A model generated the notes under the pieces. It saw only the letters and a list, made by a program, of their open reading frames with translations, was not told the origin of the DNA and searched no databases. A program made the position numbers and the translations under genes. From Bacilli bacterium (GTDB lineage Bacteria > Bacillota_I > Bacilli_A > RFN20 > CAG-288): a DNA stretch of 48,099 nt. Positions 42,955 to 48,099 of the stretch are shown here, piece by piece. The first letter of the stretch is position 1. Each line of letters starts with the position of its first letter. The stretch covers positions 1 through 48,099 of the forward strand of contig JALEUS010000065.1 in the NCBI GenBank assembly GCA_022780765.1. The letters are read 5' to 3'.

Positions 42955-43146
42955 ATGGCAAAGAAAGTTGTTATTAACAAAGATGATTGTTTCGGTTGCG
43001 GTGCATGCACAGCTACCTGTCCTGAAGTTTTCCAGATGGAAGATGATGGAAAAGCAGGTGTTGTCGCTCAGCCAAGTGATGAGCTTGATGCCGCAGTTGA
43101 AGATGCTGTCAATGGTTGCCCCGTCGCTGCCATCAAAGCAGAGTAA
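42955..43146 (+). CDS. Small single-cluster ferredoxin
   Basis: 63 aa. CFGCGACTATCPEVF plus the distal GCPVAAI cysteine give a Cx2Cx2C...CP pattern. Confidence 0.9.
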   Translation: MAKKVVINKDDCFGCGACTATCPEVFQMEDDGKAGVVAQPSDELDAAVEDAVNGCPVAAIKAE

Positions 43147-43164
43147 TCAACTTTTTTCTGAGAA

Positions 43165-43196
43165 ATAAAAAAGTGGGGATTTATCCCCATTTTTTT
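43165..43196. terminator. Bidirectional rho-independent terminator between the ferredoxin gene and rmuC
   Basis: Stem TGGGGA/TCCCCA (43174-43189) is flanked by an A-run (43165-43172) and a T-run (43190-43196), so it can serve both convergent genes. Confidence 0.7.
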
Positions 43197-43205
43197 GTGC
43201 TCTTT

Positions 43206-44558
43206 TTACTCTTCAACTCTGCTGTCTTCTATCCCCTCTTTATCAAATTCAAAGTCATCGATAGTATCCAGATGCTTGAGCATTTTCTTGGTTCTGGTGC
43301 TCCTCAATGAATTGAGCTTTTCCTGTGCATTGTTGATGTTTTTTAAAGCATCATCTAAAACAGCAGTAAAATTAGAAAACTCTTTTCTCACATTGATGAG
43401 TAGCTCATAGATATCTGCACTCTTTTTCTGGATTGCAAGTGACTTAAATCCCATCTGAAGAGCATTCAACAAAGCTGTGAATGTTGTTGGTCCGGCCACA
43501 TTGACTTTGTAATCGTTTTGAAGCTCTTCTATCATGTTCAAAGATATGACTTCAGCATAAAGTCCCTCGATTGGCAAAAACATGATAGCAAAAGATGTGG
43601 TATTAGGTTCATCAATGTATTTATCGTGGATATCTTTTGCAAACTGTTTGATGCTGCTTTTCAGTTTCTTTCTAGCTTTTTCAATCTTATCTTTATCACC
43701 TAGATCTATTCCTTCCTGTATCTCTATGTAATCGGTGGTAGGAAATTTTGAATCGACAGGAAGATAGATAAACTCTCCTTCACTCTTCCCTGGCATCTTG
43801 ATTGCAAACTCCACTCTATCTTTTGTACCAGCTTTAGTAGAAATCTCGCTTTCATACTGATTAGGAGAGAGGATCTGAGTGATGATATTTCTCAATATGA
43901 CCTCTCCTGATATACCCTTGGTTTTGACGTTGGTCATAACATTTTTTAGATCACCGACATCCTTTGCTATACCTTTTAGTTCACCGATTGATACCTCTAC
44001 TGTACCAAGTTGTTTGATGACGCTGTCGATATTATCTTTGAGTGTTTTGCTAAGTGTATTATCCAGTTTATCAGCGACTTCATTCTGTATCATTAAAAGT
44101 TTCTCACTGTTATCTTTTCTTATGCTCTCCAGTGAGCTACTAATGCTCTTCTCTAAAGATAACAGGCTCTCCTTTAAATCATTTTTGATGGTGAATAGCT
44201 CATTTTTAATATTATCAATAGCTGCTTTATTGTTGTTAAAAAGAACATCTCTGGTTCTGTCATTATTATCTGAAAGAGTTTTGATCACTTCTAACTGGTT
44301 TTTAGAGATACTTTGAAAAATACTTTCTCTCATAGAATTTATCTGTTTTTCTTCTCTTTCAATATCCTGTCTTAAATTAAAAAATGATGTCTCTAATAAC
44401 TTGTCAAGAATCCGGAGTTTGCTATTTATATCTTCAATACCATCTCTTTTTTCTTCATGAACGTTGTTCTTTTTATTCTTCAGCAGATAGAAAATGATTA
44501 TTCCTACTGCAATCAAAATCAAACACTGAAGAACAATGATACTGATTGTAAATGCCAT
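43206..44558 (-). CDS. rmuC: DNA recombination protein RmuC
   Basis: 450 aa. N-terminal TM helix, long coiled-coil and a C-terminal RmuC nuclease-like domain (FAIMFLPIEGLYAEV...). Confidence 0.85.
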   Translation of the reverse strand: MAFTISIIVLQCLILIAVGIIIFYLLKNKKNNVHEEKRDGIEDINSKLRILDKLLETSFFNLRQDIEREEKQINSMRESIFQSISKNQLEVIKTLSDNNDRTRDVLFNNNKAAIDNIKNELFTIKNDLKESLLSLEKSISSSLESIRKDNSEKLLMIQNEVADKLDNTLSKTLKDNIDSVIKQLGTVEVSIGELKGIAKDVGDLKNVMTNVKTKGISGEVILRNIITQILSPNQYESEISTKAGTKDRVEFAIKMPGKSEGEFIYLPVDSKFPTTDYIEIQEGIDLGDKDKIEKARKKLKSSIKQFAKDIHDKYIDEPNTTSFAIMFLPIEGLYAEVISLNMIEELQNDYKVNVAGPTTFTALLNALQMGFKSLAIQKKSADIYELLINVRKEFSNFTAVLDDALKNINNAQEKLNSLRSTRTKKMLKHLDTIDDFEFDKEGIEDSRVEE

Positions 44559-44596
44559 ATATACCCCCTTATCTCTTACACCATGTATTTGATCAT

Positions 44597-45352
44597 CTAT
44601 TTTTCGATATTATCTTTTTTATTAGTACACAGTTTTTTTATCTCTTCGATAGTTGAAGAATCGATCTTCACATATTCTTTTTCTTTCATCCTGCCTATGA
44701 CAAGAGGCCCTATTCTCACTCGAGTCAAGGATAAGACAGGATGAGAAAGAGAAGACATCATATCTCTGACCTGTCTTTTCTTTCCTTCGTGCAGAATGAT
44801 AGAATAAGTTGAAGTTTTCTCTTTTTTATTGTCTTCTATCAGAGTAGCTTTACAAGGATACGCCTTATATCCTCTCCTTGTAACATAAAGACCTTCTTCA
44901 AGTTTTTTTATCTCATCACCTTTAAAATTGTTCTTGCATACAGCGATGTACTCTTTTTCTAAAGAGGTAGATGGATGAGTGATAAGGTTAGCAAATTCTC
45001 CATCGTCAGTTACAATGATCAGTCCTTCTGAAAGATAATCTAATCTTCCTGCGGAGAACAATCTTGAACTATCATCTATCAGTGAAAAGATCGTCTTCCT
45101 ATTCTGAGGATCATCTCGGGTGCAAATGTATTCTCTGGGTTTGTTCAACAGATAATACACGTGTTCTTTCTTATCGGTATTGATGACTTTATCATCGATC
45201 TTTATGATGTCTTCTTTAACAAACTTTCTTCCTAATTCAACTACGACATCATCGTTGACTTTAACTCTTCCTTGTAAGATAAGCTCTTCTGCTTTTCTTC
45301 TTGAACAGTATCCGTAATCAGCAATAAGTTTCTGTAATCTAATCTTCTCCAT
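44597..45352 (-). CDS. rluB: Pseudouridine synthase, RsuA/RluB family, with an S4 domain
   Basis: 251 aa. S4 domain RLQKLIADYGYCSRRKAEELILQGRVKVND. Catalytic GRLDYLSEGLIIVT. Confidence 0.85.
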   Translation of the reverse strand: MEKIRLQKLIADYGYCSRRKAEELILQGRVKVNDDVVVELGRKFVKEDIIKIDDKVINTDKKEHVYYLLNKPREYICTRDDPQNRKTIFSLIDDSSRLFSAGRLDYLSEGLIIVTDDGEFANLITHPSTSLEKEYIAVCKNNFKGDEIKKLEEGLYVTRRGYKAYPCKATLIEDNKKEKTSTYSIILHEGKKRQVRDMMSSLSHPVLSLTRVRIGPLVIGRMKEKEYVKIDSSTIEEIKKLCTNKKDNIEK

Positions 45353-45956
45353 CTTCTCTCCTTATCCATAGCGGCTGTACTTCAAATCTGTTTTTATTCA
45401 ATTCCAGTTCTTCTTTAAATGCAAGTAAATAGCTGTTTAAATATAATCTTTTAGCTATATCTTTTGAAAACCTTTTATCTCCTAACAGTGTTAAATTTCT
45501 GTTTTTCAGAGCAATTCTTATCTGGTTATGCCTACCTGTTTCTATTTTAATATCTAAAGCAGTACCGATGTTAATGTAATTAATGGCTTTGACAAAAGTG
45601 ATACTTTTTTTACCATTTATTTCATCTATGAACCTGAATTGAGTATTTATTGGAATCTTCTCTTTGATCACTGCTTCATATCTTCTTTCGACTTCTCGGT
45701 TCTCAAACTGTTTTTGAAGAAGTGTTTTATATCTGATATTTTTTGCAAAGACCATCACACCGCTTGTCTCATAATCTAATCTGTGGACAATGAAACACTC
45801 TTCATTCTTTTTTCTCAGATACATCTGAAGATAAAAAAGAAGATTCGCTCTTCTAGTCTTGATATCATCTGTAGCGACAGAAAAAACTTCTCTGCTCTTA
45901 TTTACAGCGATGATATTTTCATCCTCGTAGATTATCTCGTATGCTTTTCTTTTCAT
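45339..45956 (-). CDS. RluA-family pseudouridine synthase (no S4 domain)
   Basis: 205 aa. Catalytic HRLDYETSGVMVFAK and GRHNQIRI. Confidence 0.85.
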   Translation of the reverse strand: MKRKAYEIIYEDENIIAVNKSREVFSVATDDIKTRRANLLFYLQMYLRKKNEECFIVHRLDYETSGVMVFAKNIRYKTLLQKQFENREVERRYEAVIKEKIPINTQFRFIDEINGKKSITFVKAINYINIGTALDIKIETGRHNQIRIALKNRNLTLLGDKRFSKDIAKRLYLNSYLLAFKEELELNKNRFEVQPLWIRREDGED

Positions 45957-46077
45957 GGCAAAATTATTATTTCATATTTTATATGTAAAACATATACTTT
46001 TTAAAATATAACACAGTGATAGAATTTTTTTGACATTATTCTTTAAAGATATCGACTTTATTTTTTAATATTATATC

Positions 46078-46106
46078 TTGAATATAAACTTAAATAATGT
46101 TATCAT
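46078..46106 (+). promoter_or_regulatory. Sigma-70-like promoter of the tRNA-Val/tRNA-Thr pair
   Basis: TTGAAT (46078-46083), 17-nt spacer, TATCAT (46101-46106), 10 nt before the tRNA 5' end. Confidence 0.55.
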
Positions 46107-46116
46107 TATTCGGCTT

Positions 46117-46193
46117 GGGTGCATAGCTCAGCTGGTTAGAGCGTTTCCTTCACACGGAAGAGGTCAACGGTTCAAATCCGCTTGCACCCACCA
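46117..46193 (+). tRNA. tRNA-Val (anticodon CAC)
   Basis: GGGTGCA/TGCACCC acceptor. Anticodon arm TTTCC-TTCACAC-GGAAG. T-loop TTCAAAT with one A-C mismatch in the T-stem. CCA encoded. Confidence 0.85.
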
Positions 46194-46210
46194 TAAGACT
46201 CTAAAAAAAT

Positions 46211-46286
46211 GCCAACGTAGCTCAGCTGGTAGAGCAACTGATTTGTAATCAGTAGGTCGCAGGTTCGGGTCCTGTCGTTGGCACCA
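46211..46286 (+). tRNA. tRNA-Thr (anticodon UGU)
   Basis: GCCAACG/CGTTGGC acceptor. Anticodon arm ACTGA-TTTGTAA-TCAGT. T-arm GCAGG-TTCGGGT-CCTGT. CCA encoded. Confidence 0.9.
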
Positions 46287-46360
46287 CTATTTTTCAGGCA
46301 ATATGATAAGTATTGTCTTTTTTTCTTTTATTTAAATCTGTTATGAAATAATGATAATAA

Positions 46361-46978
46361 AACTCATGTCTTTATCTGAAGATATTATCTGATTTGAATA
46401 TTGCAAATACTATCAACCCTGATCATCTGATTGTCGAACCTACTCCTGTAGGTTCGCTTACAAACATAAAAAACAATCTGAATAAAATAGCTTACGAATC
46501 TGTTGAGATATTGAAACCTATCTGCATTGTAGATGGTATAAGTGTTTTAAATAGAACATGTCAATTCAACGACATCTTTATCGATCAGATAAAACAGAGC
46601 TTTTCTATCTTCGTATCAAAGATGAAAAAAACAAACAGTGAAGAGAAAGATTTCGTTTATAAAAAATTGCATGCTCTTAATTCCATCTCTCCCATATACA
46701 GAGATGATTACTAAACATTCTCTAAAGAGTTTTTCTTAGATCTTTTAAAAGATCTCTCCGAGAGAAAAGAGATTGTTCAAGAGAAGAAGATGGTAGAGAT
46801 GAAAAGCGTATCTTTCACTGATATAAAAATACCCAATCCTGTTTTTCTGATAAACCTTTTAGATGAAATATCAATGGATGTGTACGGAGATATAAAGAGA
46901 GCAAAAGGTTTTTTCTCAGATGATGCGCGATGTTATCAATTCGATTATGTAGACTCTCCATTCGAAAAGAGAGTTTGA
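46361..46978 (+). pseudogene. CobW/COG0523-like GTPase gene remnant: N-terminal P-loop missing and one in-frame TAA
   Basis: The frame opens only at 46361, directly after the tRNA genes, so no GxxGxGKT is present. IVEPTPVGSLTNI resembles the COG0523 ETTG-like segment. TAA at 46712-46714 is in frame with the CobW_C-like ORF 46790-46978 (75 nt, 25 codons, between them). Confidence 0.5.
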
Positions 46979-47254
46979 AAAAAAGACAGAAAACTTGTTT
47001 TTATCGGTCTATCTGTTGACAAAAAAAAATAGAAAAACTGCTAAACTCATCAGCAAGAATCGATGATGACGACTGATAAAAATAGTTATAATCTCTTACT
47101 GATTAAAACAATTTGATGCTTTAAATACAAAACTTATGAAAACAAAAGCTCTATAAAATTCTAAAATTATAAATGAATACGAAAATCATACGATATAAGA
47201 AATCGTATGATATAAAATGAATTGACATCTTTTAAAAAATTAAGGTAAATCATT

Positions 47255-47406
47255 ATGAAAAAGAAATCTTATATGGCATTTTTAACAACCTTTACGTCCT
47301 AAACTGCTCTTCTGTTCCTTCCTCTTCAACTACAACAGTAGAAAACGATAATTTCTCTTCGGCAAACTTCAATAATTATGCTAATTCATCAATAAATACT
47401 TATTAG
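47255..47406 (+). pseudogene. Possible frameshifted small lipoprotein gene
   Basis: MKKKSYMAFLTTFTS stops at 47300-47302. An alternative frame continues ...LNCSSVPSSSTTTVENDNFSSANFNNYANSSINTY to a TAG at 47404-47406. Weak call. Confidence 0.3.
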
Positions 47407-47553
47407 TATAAAAAAAGAGAGGCAAACCCTCTCATTAGCACTTTATACTGCATTTCAACCATATATTTGACATACAGTTGAACCAGTACGGCTCATTCGT
47501 CCGCAGTAATATTGTAAGAAAAAACTTTTAAAAAACAAGGAGGAAATCAAAAA

Positions 47554-47841
47554 ATGTTAAAAAACATACCTGAAAAGATAAAAAGCATTTATGATTTTGC
47601 TTATTTTCCTAATATAAGATTAAATAATTCTATCTGTTATTTTTATGATAGTAATTTTGACAATATAAATTTTAAGAAATTAGATGCATTCACTCCTCCT
47701 TCATCAGACTTTTACAAATTTGATGCATTAGATATATTCAAACGTTCCCGATCTGATATTCTTTTGGCCATGGTATATTCCCCCTATTCAAAGAATATAC
47801 CAAGTCCAAAATCAATATGTCGTGCTATCGAAGTGTCCTGA
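47554..47841 (+). CDS. Hypothetical protein
   Basis: 95-aa AT-rich ORF preceded by AAGGAGG (47529-47535). No family recognised. Confidence 0.5.
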   Translation: MLKNIPEKIKSIYDFAYFPNIRLNNSICYFYDSNFDNINFKKLDAFTPPSSDFYKFDALDIFKRSRSDILLAMVYSPYSKNIPSPKSICRAIEVS

Positions 47842-47895
47842 ATTGATGTATACAAACGAGTAGTCTTCACATATAAAAAAAGACAGAGCATCACC

Positions 47896-48099
47896 TGAAC
47901 TGTCCAAAAACTTATAATATAAACGTAAGCGTCAAAATTCTACACACTTTCCAAGAAAGCGATAAAAAAAGATAATACTTCATGGAGGTGCTCTATGAAG
48001 TGCAATACATATTTAGAAGAATTCAAGATAGATATTGTCAAACAGTATCTATCAGGAAAACAGCAGAAGGATTTACATGCTGAGTATGGCTTAAGTAAG
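47896..48099 (+). mobile_element. Left end of an IS3-family insertion sequence (OrfA HTH start, runs off the window)
   Basis: ATG at 47995 after a GGAGGTG RBS. MKCNTYLEEFKIDIVKQYLSGKQQKDLHAEYGLSK resembles an IS3/IS150 OrfA N-terminus. A TGAACTGTCC... terminus-like sequence begins at 47896 (IS3 ends typically start with TG). Confidence 0.6.

Overview
The window has two compositionally different blocks (GC judged by eye, not computed).

(1) Positions 1 to ~13,850 are about 50% GC. All credible genes lie on the minus strand, tightly packed and often overlapping. This looks like a horizontally acquired island embedded in tRNA-Leu(UAG)-related sequence: a partial 3' copy at 1-57, an intact gene at 13485-13567, and an orphan 5' half at 13808-13846, exactly at the GC/AT junction.
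- One operon starts at an XRE regulator: XRE, a Zn-ribbon hypothetical, NrdG, NrdD, a metallophosphoesterase, a Tmk-like kinase, a BspA-type LRR::beta-class DNA methyltransferase fusion, and a compact protein with two RNxxxH (HEPN) motifs.
- A second, translationally coupled operon encodes a small serine recombinase, a DUF4238-type protein and a coiled-coil protein.
- Between this operon and the tRNA lie decayed mobile-element genes: an ORF6N gene with two in-frame stops, and an IS66-TnpB-like fragment fused to a resolvase C-terminus.

(2) Positions ~13,850 to 48,099 are AT-rich (about 30-38% GC in the few lines hand-counted). This is origin-proximal core chromosome of a low-GC Firmicutes/Mollicutes-like organism using the standard code (TGA is a stop). 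It carries mnmG, sufCDSUB, a HIT protein, two large lipoproteins, parA plus a degenerate parB, queH-queA-tgt, a TetR regulator, gatCAB, ligA, pcrA, a ferredoxin, rmuC, two pseudouridine synthases, five tRNAs, several nonsense-interrupted pseudogenes and an IS3-family element at the right edge.

The most promising candidates for an undescribed system are the LRR-methyltransferase plus dual-HEPN pair and the recombinase-DUF4238-coiled-coil trio. No CRISPR array was seen. All family calls come from motif recognition by eye and need profile searches.
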